Below, in pieces: positions 22,627 to 31,693 of a stretch of 47,429 nt of DNA; position 1 is the stretch's first letter; every line of letters starts with the position of its first letter. Source of the stretch: a virus. The position numbers and the translations under genes are program-made. The stretch lies in UHGV virus genome UHGV-1350683; one strand, 5' to 3'. The notes under the pieces were generated by a model. The model had not been told where the DNA came from, ran no database searches, and saw nothing but the letters and a program-made list of their open reading frames with translations.

Positions 22627-23020
22627 GTTAAAGAAAATAATCCGCGACGCTGCTGATAAGAAATACACCAAAAAGATTGATATATCATTCATTGATGGTG
22701 TCGGCCTTTATAATCACGCCTGCCACCTAAATGCAGTGAACAAGGCTCGCGACGGCAGTTCGTGCGCAGTGGTTGAGGTTGTGGTGATTGATGATAAGTC
22801 GGTGACTGCACATTACATCAATATGCAGTCAGACGGCACATACATCGACTATACACTTGGCTGGCACTGGGCTGGTGCTGATTACCGATTTGTGAGATTC
22901 GTTCCGTTTACTGAGTGGTCTGATATTACAGGTTCGTTGAGTAGACTGAAGGCTGAACTGTGCAAGCCGGTGGCTAAATGGCAGAAGTTGTTGATGATAA
23001 CTGATGGTGAACTTTGTTGA
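22613..23020 (+). CDS. hypothetical protein
   Basis: About 136 aa starting at MFRNKLKK. Confidence 0.35.
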   Translation: MFRNKLKKIIRDAADKKYTKKIDISFIDGVGLYNHACHLNAVNKARDGSSCAVVEVVVIDDKSVTAHYINMQSDGTYIDYTLGWHWAGADYRFVRFVPFTEWSDITGSLSRLKAELCKPVAKWQKLLMITDGELC

Positions 23021-23025
23021 GGTGA

Positions 23026-23217
23026 ATGATGATTATTGATGAAACGAAAAATTGCTATGAACTGCAAGTTAGTCATAGTTTCGGTGATTGCCCTATCATT
23101 ATGCTTACTTCATTCCGTGAAGGTGATGATGTTAACTCTATCGGCATTGACAAACACCAAGCCGTGCAACTAATCGAAGTCCTGCAACGCTGGATTAATG
23201 GTGAGGAGATTGAGTGA
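23026..23217 (+). CDS. hypothetical protein coupled to the HigA-like gene
   Basis: 63 aa with ATGA overlap to the downstream HTH gene. Not recognisably RelE/HigB. Confidence 0.35.
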   Translation: MMIIDETKNCYELQVSHSFGDCPIIMLTSFREGDDVNSIGIDKHQAVQLIEVLQRWINGEEIE

Positions 23218-23528
23218 TGAGAATAAAAAATCCAATGCACCCGGGAGAGTTTCTGCTGGAGGTATTCATGAAGCCATTCGGAATTGGTGTTAAGAAAATG
23301 GCCGATGCACTTGGGGTTTCTCAGTCAACACTTAGCAGGCTCATCAACAAGAAGGCTGATTTAACTGCCGACATGGCTGTCAGATTGTCCGTTGTTGTTG
23401 GAAGGTCGCCAGAGTCATGGTTGAATATGCAAAACAATTACAGCCTAAATAGACTTACCGCCGATAATGGTCGCTTACTATCATCTTTGAAGCCAATTAA
23501 ATTTGATTTTGATTACAAGGTGGAATGA
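23214..23528 (+). CDS. HigA/VapI-like XRE-family HTH protein
   Basis: Motif HPGEFLLEVFMKPFGIGVKKMADALGVSQSTLSRLINKKADLTADMAVRLS..SPESWLNMQ matches the HigA antidote / HTH_3 pattern. Confidence 0.6.
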   Translation: MMRIKNPMHPGEFLLEVFMKPFGIGVKKMADALGVSQSTLSRLINKKADLTADMAVRLSVVVGRSPESWLNMQNNYSLNRLTADNGRLLSSLKPIKFDFDYKVE

Positions 23529-23731
23529 TGGACAGAAAACATCTTCACGATATGGCTGTTGAACTTAGAAAAAGGTTTGAGAGCATCTGGTTTGATAGTA
23601 ATAATAAATTCAATGACAAGCAGTATCAGATTTACGCAAAATGCAGGGGGTTGGTGCTCGGTGATAGAATGGAGAATGCCGTATTCCATCATAGCAACGC
23701 CACGATGCACAGGCGAGCCTTCGACTATTGA
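23525..23731 (+). CDS. hypothetical protein, third member of the coupled cassette
   Basis: TGATG overlap with the HigA-like stop. Confidence 0.35.
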   Translation: MMDRKHLHDMAVELRKRFESIWFDSNNKFNDKQYQIYAKCRGLVLGDRMENAVFHHSNATMHRRAFDY

Positions 23732-23742
23732 TACCATGCTAT

Positions 23743-23771
23743 AATCCCATCCAACGTGATGGGATTTTTTA
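23743..23771 (+). terminator. intrinsic terminator
   Basis: AATCCCATC-CAACGT-GATGGGATT followed by TTTTATT. Confidence 0.7.
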
Positions 23772-23781
23772 TTGGTGACAT

Positions 23782-25194
23782 ATGTCCAAAATTGATGCAC
23801 TAAACGCTTATATACGCGACCGCGTGGCGAACAATAATCGGGCGATCCAGCAGCAGCGGATTTGTGCTGGTGGGAAGAATCTAGACCAGAAGCACGACAG
23901 ACTCTGGACGGAATGCGGCTACCCGCAGGAAATCACCGCCGAGATGTTCCGCTATGCCTACGAGCGACACCCAGCCGCCGCCGCTGGCATTAACCGCATT
24001 ATTAATAAATGCTGGCAGAAATACCCTGAAGTTGTCGAAGATGGCGAGGATGACAAAAGCTCAACGCCGTGGGAGTTGTCCATCAACGATATGATGAAGC
24101 GTGCCTATCCGTTCATCAAAGAGGCCGACAAGCGCAACGCCATCAACCGCTATTCCGCTGTTATCTTGCAAATCCGTGACGGAAAGCAGTGGAGTGAGCC
24201 TGTGGACATCACCAAAACACGCCGCATTAAAGATAAATCCATCGTTCGCTTCATTCCGGTATGGGAGGAGCAGCTCCGCGTCAGCGCATGGAATAATGAC
24301 GAAACCAGCGAAGACTACGGCATGCCTGAGATGTACGAGTACCAGGAAAGCGCCGTAGAGGACTTCGACAGCGATGGCAAGCCTGAGCGTTCTGTACAGA
24401 TTCACCCTGACCGCATCATTATTCTGGCAGAGGGTAGTTTTGACGGCAGCATGTTCAGTGGCACCCCGATGTTGCGTGCTGGTTACAACAGCCTTATCGA
24501 CATGGCGAAGGTCTCCGGCAGCTCTGCGGAAGGCTTCCTGAAAAATGCCAGCCGCCAACTTGCGGTTAACTACACGAAGGACAACGTAACGCCAGCAAGC
24601 CTTGCACAGTCTATGAGTGTCGATATCGAAGAGCTAACCGATATCATGAATGAGAACATTGAGGCGCTGAACTCAGGAATCGACGCCGCTATGTTCACAA
24701 TGGGGGCGGATGCTAAGGTTCTCGCTGTAACGCCAGCCGACCCGAAACCAACATGGGAGGTGGCTGCCAACCAGTTCGCTGCATCTATGGCGCTTCCGTT
24801 CACCGTCATTTTTGGGCAGCAGACCGGACGCCTTGCGAGCGATGAGGACAAGATGCAGGAGGCAATGACCGCCAAGCAACGCCGCGAGACATGGGTTGAT
24901 TATGTCATCTCAATGTTCGTTGAGCGCATGATTCAGTTCGGTATTGTCGATAAAGCCCCGGCAAATGGCTACAAGGTTAAGTGGGATGACCTGCTTGCTC
25001 CGTCAGAGCTGGATAAAGCTGAATTGCTAGCTAAGCTCGCCACTGCTAATAAGTCGTTCTTTGATGCTGGTCAGTCTGCGCTACTGACCGTTGATGAGGC
25101 TCGCGGCATGGTTGGTATGGAACCGATTAAACTTGACGAAAGCTACCGCGAAGACACACCACCGGAAGATGAAAATGAAGATACTCCGGTTTAA
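23782..25194 (+). CDS. portal protein
   Basis: 470 aa, between the terminase genes and a MuF-like head morphogenesis gene, with an acidic C-terminus. Confidence 0.65.
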   Translation: MSKIDALNAYIRDRVANNNRAIQQQRICAGGKNLDQKHDRLWTECGYPQEITAEMFRYAYERHPAAAAGINRIINKCWQKYPEVVEDGEDDKSSTPWELSINDMMKRAYPFIKEADKRNAINRYSAVILQIRDGKQWSEPVDITKTRRIKDKSIVRFIPVWEEQLRVSAWNNDETSEDYGMPEMYEYQESAVEDFDSDGKPERSVQIHPDRIIILAEGSFDGSMFSGTPMLRAGYNSLIDMAKVSGSSAEGFLKNASRQLAVNYTKDNVTPASLAQSMSVDIEELTDIMNENIEALNSGIDAAMFTMGADAKVLAVTPADPKPTWEVAANQFAASMALPFTVIFGQQTGRLASDEDKMQEAMTAKQRRETWVDYVISMFVERMIQFGIVDKAPANGYKVKWDDLLAPSELDKAELLAKLATANKSFFDAGQSALLTVDEARGMVGMEPIKLDESYREDTPPEDENEDTPV

Positions 25195-26125
25195 CGCAAG
25201 ACTGCCACAACCGCGCATTTCTCAAAGTCTCAGCGACCCGTTAGGCGCCGCAACCCGCCTGTCAAAGATGGATAAGGTGATAACGCGCAAATACAAACAA
25301 CTCAGGACTCGTGCTCTTGAGTTGTTTCGCACCATTCCGAATGGTGAGGCTAATGCGGAATCAAGCGGTCTGTATTTCTACGATTTCAGCAGCGCGCGAG
25401 CTGCCACTTTCATGGATGAGTTACAGGCGCTGATTGACGAAATCCTGCTTGAAGGTGACGACTTCGGTCACGGCAGGATGTGGGCCAATGTATTCATTGG
25501 TGATGCGTATCAGGCGGGGACACAGAAGGCTAACTCTGAACTATCAAGCCTGTCTCCGGTTTATGCTGAGCAGCGACCGATTGCTACAATACTCTACAGT
25601 GAGCCTTACCTGAACAGGCTGCAATTGGCGTACACGCAAGGTTACTCAGACTGGCGCGGATTGAGTGATTACTCCCGACAGCAACTGGCATCCGTCATTA
25701 TGGAAGGCATTGCCCGTGGCGCTAATCCTCGCGATGTTGAATCCGATATCGTTAAGCGAGTTGATGTATCTCACAGCTACGCAAAACAGATTGCGCAGAC
25801 TGAAATCACCGGAACGCTGCGGCAGGCTAACAGGAGGGAAGTCATTGAGGCGCGCGAAGAGTTAGGTATTGAGACGGTGATGCTGTGGCAGTCTGCATTG
25901 ATGCGCACAACCCGCCAGACGCACGCGGCTCGACACGGGCGGTTTTACACGCCAGAAGAGATTGACACGTTTTATAGTGAGAATGGCAATAGATATAATT
26001 GTCACTGCGCCCAGATTCCAACATTGTTAATGGATGGCAAGCCGGTAATTCTTGAGTCTTCGCAGGAAAGGTTAGACAAGCAGCGCGAGGCGTGGCAATC
26101 AGTCAACAAAAAGCCCTCTAAGTGA
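25169..26125 (+). CDS. head morphogenesis protein (SPP1 gp7 / Mu F-like)
   Basis: Start at MKMKILRF, overlapping the portal gene's end. About 318 aa. Confidence 0.5.
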   Translation: MKMKILRFNARLPQPRISQSLSDPLGAATRLSKMDKVITRKYKQLRTRALELFRTIPNGEANAESSGLYFYDFSSARAATFMDELQALIDEILLEGDDFGHGRMWANVFIGDAYQAGTQKANSELSSLSPVYAEQRPIATILYSEPYLNRLQLAYTQGYSDWRGLSDYSRQQLASVIMEGIARGANPRDVESDIVKRVDVSHSYAKQIAQTEITGTLRQANRREVIEAREELGIETVMLWQSALMRTTRQTHAARHGRFYTPEEIDTFYSENGNRYNCHCAQIPTLLMDGKPVILESSQERLDKQREAWQSVNKKPSK

Positions 26126-26140
26126 GGGCTTGGTTTTATC
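26109..26140. terminator. intrinsic terminator
   Basis: AAGCCCTC-TAAGT-GAGGGCTT followed by GGTTTTATC. Confidence 0.7.
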
Positions 26141-26208
26141 TTATCAGCATACACAGAACAAATATTATTATGGCATAGCACAATATCTCTACGACGCTGA
26201 ATATTGTT

Positions 26209-26751
26209 TTAATCATCAAGTTTCACGCCGGGAATTTTGCCTGCTGCGATGGCGTCGTAAATGATTTCGTATTCGCTATAAATCCAGTTGTTACCATCGT
26301 CAGCCTCTCTCTGCATTGCCTCTATTGCTGCATCGCGCTTCTTTTTTTCTTCTGTGCGGAACGGGATGAAAATATCCTTGTTGGATGGGGTTATTGCATA
26401 GTAAATTTCACCAGATGGCCTAATAACTACTTTTTCACCATCGAGACCAATAACCTTAACTTTTCCCCATGAGGTTCCGTTGCTGATATACTCAACTTCA
26501 CACCCAACCGGAGGCAGGCCTTCGCCGTTCCATGTCTGCTTTTGCGATGCGGCGAGTGCAGACTCGTATTGATCGAAGTCAATTATGCTTTTGTCATCAT
26601 TAACTTTAAATGATGATAATGATTTATTATCGTGCCAACCAGAACCAACAATGCGTGGAGTGCCATCTTTTTCTGTGCAGATATAAATTGCACCATCAGG
26701 CCACCCGCCACGCTTAGGTAATTCTTGAACTAACAGGTCGATAAGTTTCAT
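26209..26751 (-). CDS. hypothetical protein
   Basis: 180 aa. Confidence 0.4.
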   Translation of the reverse strand: MKLIDLLVQELPKRGGWPDGAIYICTEKDGTPRIVGSGWHDNKSLSSFKVNDDKSIIDFDQYESALAASQKQTWNGEGLPPVGCEVEYISNGTSWGKVKVIGLDGEKVVIRPSGEIYYAITPSNKDIFIPFRTEEKKKRDAAIEAMQREADDGNNWIYSEYEIIYDAIAAGKIPGVKLDD

Positions 26752-26905
26752 TTTTCATCCTCTGCATCAAATAAATCACCATCGCGCCATGAATTAGCGG
26801 CATTCCATGCAGCAGCAGCACTTTGCGCGTCAATCCTGTTCATTCCTAATTTTTCGAGTTCAGCATTAAATAGCTGAAACCACTTTTGAAATGCCTCTCC
26901 TGATG

Positions 26906-27217
26906 TCATTTTGTTTCTCCTAATGCCTTATTGACCGCCGCACGCGCATTATCCAGAGCGCGGCGCTTGCTTGATGTTGTCCAGATTTTGCCGGAGTGGT
27001 CGTCGTAAATTTCCAGTAGTTGCTGGAGTGCGGATAGTAGCCCTGGCGATGCTGCGATTAATTTTGCGTTTGCATGTTGAGTTTCCGCATCCGTGTTGTA
27101 ACGAGTAACCCTTGCTACCGCGATGTTGTCATTGCTGTCTGTAACCCAATCCGGCTCATCAGCACAATAATTCCATGGGGCATGCGTGCCTTTAAATTCT
27201 TTCATCACCAACCTCAC
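26906..27217 (-). CDS. Ea22-like protein (paralogue of 39662..40033)
   Basis: Shares MKEFKGT..W and ANAKLIAASPGLLSALQQL motifs with the 123-aa protein at 39662..40033. Confidence 0.4.
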   Translation of the reverse strand: MRLVMKEFKGTHAPWNYCADEPDWVTDSNDNIAVARVTRYNTDAETQHANAKLIAASPGLLSALQQLLEIYDDHSGKIWTTSSKRRALDNARAAVNKALGETK

Positions 27218-27356
27218 TTAATATATTCAATAATCTCACATTCACGCATCTGCACCAGACCAAATGGTGCGACCACCTTGCCGCATGGACGTATTTTGAT
27301 TTGCTCAAGGTCGAACACTCCGCATCGTCCGTTTTCTTTGAATTTGACCATTACCA

Positions 27357-27557
27357 TCATGACCATACCCCAACAATAACGAAGAATAGTGCTGCAATCA
27401 TGCTTGTAACACAGAATGGACCGTAAATTATGGCGAAGTAGTTCTTTCTTTGCCACGCCCATGGCGTATAAAAGGCGCACAGTCCAAAAGCCAAAGAAAG
27501 AACCCACAGTGTAATTATCGAACGACCAACCAATTCAAGCGTGCTCATGTTTACCAC
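27357..27557 (-). CDS. small membrane protein (2 TM)
   Basis: 66 aa, hydrophobic. Leftward promoter at 27577-27605. A coupled small ORF (~48 aa) follows at 27214..27360. Confidence 0.4.
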   Translation of the reverse strand: MVNMSTLELVGRSIITLWVLSLAFGLCAFYTPWAWQRKNYFAIIYGPFCVTSMIAALFFVIVGVWS

Positions 27558-27576
27558 CTCTCTATTTGATGTAGAT

Positions 27577-27605
27577 ACTATGCACCACCACTCAATCTAC
27601 GTCAA
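27577..27605 (-). promoter_or_regulatory. sigma70-like leftward promoter
   Basis: Minus strand reads TTGACG-tagattgagtggtggtg-CATAGT. Confidence 0.4.
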
Positions 27606-27649
27606 CAGTCATTGTGATAGAATTAATCATTATTTGAACAGGAGGCAGA

Positions 27650-27928
27650 ATGAAACTATCGCAACGCGGCAAAGAGATGCTTGGAATCGCCGATGCCGTG
27701 GATATATCGCCTTACATCACCACCGAGACAACACAGAATCAGTTCGATGCACTGACAAGTCTTGCTACCGACATCGGCATTGACGCTTTCCGCAAATCAA
27801 CGCTTCTGAAGAAACACAACCTTCGCTGCTGCTCATGTGCTGTTGCGCATTTCATCGTGTGGGGTGAGAGGACTGGCGACAAAGCAAAACGCAAAGCTGA
27901 AAAAGAGGTTTACTGGTATGGCTATTAG
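27650..27928 (+). CDS. hypothetical soluble protein, first gene of the lysis cassette
   Basis: 92 aa with RBS AGGAGG and no TM segment. Overlaps the endolysin start. Confidence 0.4.
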   Translation: MKLSQRGKEMLGIADAVDISPYITTETTQNQFDALTSLATDIGIDAFRKSTLLKKHNLRCCSCAVAHFIVWGERTGDKAKRKAEKEVYWYGY

Positions 27929-28382
27929 CAAAAACATGAAGGCATTTCTGGATATGCTGGCTTACAGCGAGGGTACGGATAACGGACGGCAGAAAACCAA
28001 TAATCATGGTTATGATGTGATTGTCGGTGGCTCACTGTTTACTGATTACTCCGACCACCCACGCAAGCTGATTAGCCTGCCAAAGCTGGGCATCAAATCC
28101 ACTGCCGCCGGACGCTATCAGGTGCTGGCTAAGTTTTATGACGCATACAAAAAGCAATTGCGCCTGCCTGACTTCTCCCCCGCATCGCAGGACGCTATTG
28201 CAATGCAGCTAATCCGCGAATGCAAAGCAACAGCAGACATCGAGGCTGGGCGCATTGCTGACGCCATCCATAAATGCCGCTCCCGCTGGGCCTCGCTGCC
28301 GGGCGCTGGATATGGTCAGCATGAGCAGAAGCTGGATAAGCTAATTCAGGTGTATAAGGTCGCTGGCGGGACGGTCGCATGA
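27918..28382 (+). CDS. endolysin, lambda R-like lytic transglycosylase
   Basis: Motifs KAFLDMLAYSEGTDNGRQKTNNHGYDVIVGG..FTDYSDHPR...AAGRYQ...WASLPGAGYGQHE closely match lambda R. RBS AAGAGG. Confidence 0.85.
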   Translation: MAISKNMKAFLDMLAYSEGTDNGRQKTNNHGYDVIVGGSLFTDYSDHPRKLISLPKLGIKSTAAGRYQVLAKFYDAYKKQLRLPDFSPASQDAIAMQLIRECKATADIEAGRIADAIHKCRSRWASLPGAGYGQHEQKLDKLIQVYKVAGGTVA

Positions 28383-28618
28383 AAAAGCTGAGTAACTGGC
28401 TGCTTGGCTTGTGGATTTCATTCTGCTCGCTATTGCAGATATGGCCTGAGTCCATGCTTTACGTGTGGGCCATGATGCCGGATGACCTGAAAGCGGCGCT
28501 GCCACCTTTCGCTGTCAAAGGGGTTAGTTATTCTGTTATGCTGGCGGCGATTCTTGGCAAGATGCATGCGATGAATAAGGCGAATAAGAGGTTAAAAGAT
28601 GAGAGCAAAGATGCGTGA
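28379..28618 (+). CDS. putative holin (small membrane protein with a charged C-tail)
   Basis: 79 aa with ATGA coupling to the endolysin. Hydrophobic segments and a KANKRLKDESKDA tail. Confidence 0.45.
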   Translation: MKKLSNWLLGLWISFCSLLQIWPESMLYVWAMMPDDLKAALPPFAVKGVSYSVMLAAILGKMHAMNKANKRLKDESKDA

Positions 28619-28740
28619 AATACATAACAGCATAAGGGCGCGAAATGGTTTTTATTTTGCGTATCAAACCACTAAGGGATTGCACCTCATAACCAATTGC
28701 ATAGCCTTCCCACGCACGTGGTTAGCATGGGGGTTGGAAA

Positions 28741-29232
28741 ATGGCAACAATAATCGCTAAATACTGGCGACCGCTGGCAATTATTATAATCGTTGCCGCT
28801 GGCGCGCTGTGGGCGCGTAGCGAAATCATCAGCTACGGCGACCAACGGTACGCAGAAGGCAAAACTCAAGCAATCGCCGAACAGAAGGCTGCAGACGAAC
28901 AAGAGGAGCAACGACGCAATGCGGAACTGCAAAAGATTCAGGCCGATGCACAGCAAAGGATTGATGCTGCGCGCAATGATGCTGTTAATGCTGCCGCTAA
29001 GTCTGGCAGGTTGCAGCAACAACTCACCAGTATCCGCAAGCAGCTTGTCGGATATTCCACCTCTGAGTCCATTGGCAACCCAGCCGCAGAAACCGGAGTT
29101 TTGCTCTCCGACGTGCTCAGCAAATCTGTCGAAAGAAATCGACAACTGGCAGATTACGCTGACAGGGCAAGAGAGGCGGGATTAGCATGTGAGGCGCAGT
29201 ACAATTCGTTACGCAATAAAAAAGCCCCGTAA
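28741..29232 (+). CDS. i-spanin (Rz-like)
   Basis: N-terminal TM (LAIIIIVAAGALWA) followed by a coiled-coil periplasmic domain. Confidence 0.7.
   Translation: MATIIAKYWRPLAIIIIVAAGALWARSEIISYGDQRYAEGKTQAIAEQKAADEQEEQRRNAELQKIQADAQQRIDAARNDAVNAAAKSGRLQQQLTSIRKQLVGYSTSESIGNPAAETGVLLSDVLSKSVERNRQLADYADRAREAGLACEAQYNSLRNKKAP
28964..29185 (+). CDS. o-spanin (Rz1-like lipoprotein) embedded in the +1 frame of Rz
   Basis: MLRAMMLLMLPLSLAGC lipobox and a Pro-rich mature part, wholly inside the Rz gene. Confidence 0.65.
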   Translation: MLRAMMLLMLPLSLAGCSNNSPVSASSLSDIPPLSPLATQPQKPEFCSPTCSANLSKEIDNWQITLTGQERRD

Positions 29233-29247
29233 TGGGGCTTGTATTTA
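29219..29247. terminator. intrinsic terminator
   Basis: AAAGCCCC-GTAAT-GGGGCTT followed by GTATTTA. Confidence 0.65.
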
Positions 29248-29371
29248 ACTGGCTTGCTCTGAGCTTTCTCTCTGCTTCCACATCTGCTTCAGCTGAAAAT
29301 AAGCATACGCCTCATCACCATCTTTCGCATTGCGCTCCATTTGCTCACACCATGCAGATGGTTTTGGTGGC

Positions 29372-29680
29372 TCACTCTGCTGGCAATGCCGTTGGTTCAT
29401 CAGCAGATTCCTCAATCGCAGATTCAACAATACGCACCAGTGAACACTCAAGATTCGGTGCATTGTAGTTACCAGCCAGAAACAGAACACTACCAGTGCT
29501 AATCAGCACCTGCTTTGCGTTTGCCTGTGACAGATTCTGCACGATGAATTGTGCTGTCTCGGTGCCGATTTTCAGTACTGCGCTACCGTCGCTGTTCAGC
29601 GATACCAGTTGCGCGGAAGTGTCAGCAATGTTGGTGTAGTTCGCGTTTCGTTGCGCGATTGTGATGTCGCAGAATGACAT
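29372..29680 (-). CDS. hypothetical protein
   Basis: 102 aa. Confidence 0.35.
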   Translation of the reverse strand: MSFCDITIAQRNANYTNIADTSAQLVSLNSDGSAVLKIGTETAQFIVQNLSQANAKQVLISTGSVLFLAGNYNAPNLECSLVRIVESAIEESADEPTALPAE

Positions 29681-29681
29681 T

Positions 29682-29894
29682 TTATGCTCCTGTGTTGAAT
29701 TTCATTAACCCATTTCCACTTCGCGTCTGCGTTTCAATAGATGCAGTGATTACAGAAATCGCATTTGGCGAAGCGTTAAGATGAAAATTGATTACGCCAG
29801 CAACTTGCCGCCCATCCTGATCGACAATCATTGTCCTGCCATTAACCTGCTCAACATGAAGATACACAGGCTCGTCATGTTTAGGTAGCGACAT
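29682..29894 (-). CDS. hypothetical protein
   Basis: 70 aa, coupled. Confidence 0.35.
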   Translation of the reverse strand: MSLPKHDEPVYLHVEQVNGRTMIVDQDGRQVAGVINFHLNASPNAISVITASIETQTRSGNGLMKFNTGA

Positions 29895-30514
29895 TATTTA
29901 ATCTCTCCATTCAGTTCATTAACAATTAACATTGCATAGCCAGAAATATCTTTCCAGCTATCATCATAAGTCGGGTCGCCATTCAGAATGCGCCCAATTT
30001 TGTGCTGAATCATGTCGAGCGCCTCGCGTTGGCTTGGCGTCAGATTGTGCCAACCATCCACTTCGCGCATCACATCTTTCAGCTCCTGCATGATTTCAGC
30101 GCCGTCTTTGAATTTGCCGTATCGATTGCCGCGTTCGGTGATGATTACATCAATACCTGGGTAATTTACGGTTTCTGCGCCATCAATTTTCCGCAATGGA
30201 ACACCCATAACTGATGGCTCAGGGCTTAAGTCACCAACAGATGTGGTGTTTGGAATAAATCCGCCTCGCCTCACATCAGCTTCCGGCGCGCCGATACAAT
30301 CGTTTAAGTCTTGTTCGTCGGTAATTGGTTCGCGGTATGCGACAACAATATCTCCTAAGGCTTCAATCTCAGCAATGCGACCAGCATAATAGCGACCTAG
30401 ACAGTAAGTTTCACCGGTATGTCCTGACTTAACCACAAGAACCGCTGAGTTATGACCGTCAAAATCCTTCTCACAACCCTTCCGGTATTTCCACTTTTTC
30501 ATTTTTCTCTCCAC
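29894..30514 (-). CDS. hypothetical protein with a conserved helical C-terminal domain
   Basis: 206 aa with C-terminal LTPSQREALDMIQHKIGRILNGDPTYDDSWKDISGYAML. Confidence 0.4.
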   Translation of the reverse strand: MERKMKKWKYRKGCEKDFDGHNSAVLVVKSGHTGETYCLGRYYAGRIAEIEALGDIVVAYREPITDEQDLNDCIGAPEADVRRGGFIPNTTSVGDLSPEPSVMGVPLRKIDGAETVNYPGIDVIITERGNRYGKFKDGAEIMQELKDVMREVDGWHNLTPSQREALDMIQHKIGRILNGDPTYDDSWKDISGYAMLIVNELNGEIK

Positions 30515-30723
30515 TTAATCATCTCGCGTCGCGGCATAGTAACGCGGTTGTATTCATCAACATCAAAATTCTTACGAATCAAATCATACATATCATCCTT
30601 TGGCATATCAGCCAGTGCCACATAGCAACGGGCGAAGTAGCGAACATCGCGGAGTGTCAGCGGCTGCCGCTTCTCCACAATGCTGGTGATAATGTCCATC
30701 GGCTCTCGTCGTGGTCTTGGCAT
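30499..30723 (-). CDS. hypothetical protein
   Basis: 74 aa. First gene leftward of the divergent promoter region 30724-30820. Confidence 0.35.
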   Translation of the reverse strand: MPRPRREPMDIITSIVEKRQPLTLRDVRYFARCYVALADMPKDDMYDLIRKNFDVDEYNRVTMPRREMIKWREK

Positions 30724-30821
30724 ATTTACTACTCCTTCTAGAAAAACATCTTGACGTTTCTACATCAATTAGTCAATACTTATTGACGTAGATTGTACCA
30801 CAACGGAAAAGGTGATGTGGA

Positions 30822-31025
30822 ATGAGTGCAGAAAAAGTAATAACAGAAAGATGTGAGTATTTACGTTCCATGCTTGAAGCTCGCGGAGTGAGCGCTGAAG
30901 ACATTAACCTGTGTCTTACGCATCTCACAAACGCGGTCCTTGAAGGATATCATCAGGGTCAGGTCGATTACTCGACTGGGGTGCTACCTGAACTACTGAG
31001 AATGGCAACAGTTGGTAAATTTTAA
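30822..31025 (+). CDS. hypothetical protein
   Basis: 67 aa. Confidence 0.35.
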   Translation: MSAEKVITERCEYLRSMLEARGVSAEDINLCLTHLTNAVLEGYHQGQVDYSTGVLPELLRMATVGKF

Positions 31026-31035
31026 GGAACACACA

Positions 31036-31230
31036 ATGACAACTGATGAACTGTACGAACAATCGTTAATCCAGCGACTGAATGAAATTGAGCGTACTCG
31101 TGAATGGTTGGAATGCGAGCTGCGAGAGGTGCGAAACCGCCTGCAACGCAAACGCAGTCAACAGAAGGGCGTTATCGACTGGTCTGGCGATACACCTAAA
31201 TTTAATAATCTTGGGGAGTGGTTGAAATGA
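31036..31230 (+). CDS. hypothetical protein
   Basis: 64 aa with RBS AAGGAA. Confidence 0.35.
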   Translation: MTTDELYEQSLIQRLNEIERTREWLECELREVRNRLQRKRSQQKGVIDWSGDTPKFNNLGEWLK

Positions 31231-31448
31231 GAAAGTTCAGCACGTTAGTTGATTTGATTCTCGCTGACATCAGAGAGTCAAACGCCAGAAACAAAAAGTC
31301 AAGAAATCAGCGGCAGGATATTACTTTTCGCACACTGCTTAAACAGTCTATGCGCAGCAAAAAGGAATGGAGATACAGACGCGACCGGGTTCTGATAAGA
31401 CTGTGCAAGTTGAACATGAACAAGATATTAAAGGAGATGACAAAATGA
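31218..31448 (+). CDS. hypothetical basic protein
   Basis: 76 aa, coupled. Confidence 0.35.
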   Translation: MVEMRKFSTLVDLILADIRESNARNKKSRNQRQDITFRTLLKQSMRSKKEWRYRRDRVLIRLCKLNMNKILKEMTK

Positions 31449-31693
31449 CAGCACCACATATGCCAACGATGAATGATAGCGGGTTGTTGTGCTGTCCATT
31501 CTGTGGCGGGAATGAAGTTTACTTGAATATTGATTTAGTGCTTGTATCTGTCGAATGCGGAGATTGCTGTGCAAGTTCAGGTGAATGGGGTTCACCGGAA
31601 ACCGCTGTCAGGCACTGGAATACCCGCAACGGACACCTCTACACCGCCGACGACTTCAATCAGGCAGCAGAGGAGCGTGATTATGGACTATAA
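31445..31693 (+). CDS. Lar-family restriction-alleviation-like zinc-finger protein
   Basis: CCPFCGG...CGDC...AVRHWNTRN pattern typical of Lar/restriction alleviation proteins. ATGA coupling. Confidence 0.5.
   Translation: MTAPHMPTMNDSGLLCCPFCGGNEVYLNIDLVLVSVECGDCCASSGEWGSPETAVRHWNTRNGHLYTADDFNQAAEERDYGL

Noticed and set aside
23026-23217. 63-aa gene upstream of the HigA-like gene as a HigB/RelE toxin
   Set aside because: Too short, with none of the RelE/HigB catalytic pattern. Only the genetic coupling is suggestive, so it was left as hypothetical.
24061-24875. Minus-strand ORFs of 165 aa and 101 aa inside the portal gene
   Set aside because: Antisense shadow ORFs within a GC-rich coding region. 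No RBS or promoter, and no independent support.
28620-28740. CACGTG-containing 120-bp gap between the holin-like gene and Rz as a regulatory site
   Set aside because: Only a single short palindrome with no repeat or promoter-like spacing. Insufficient evidence.
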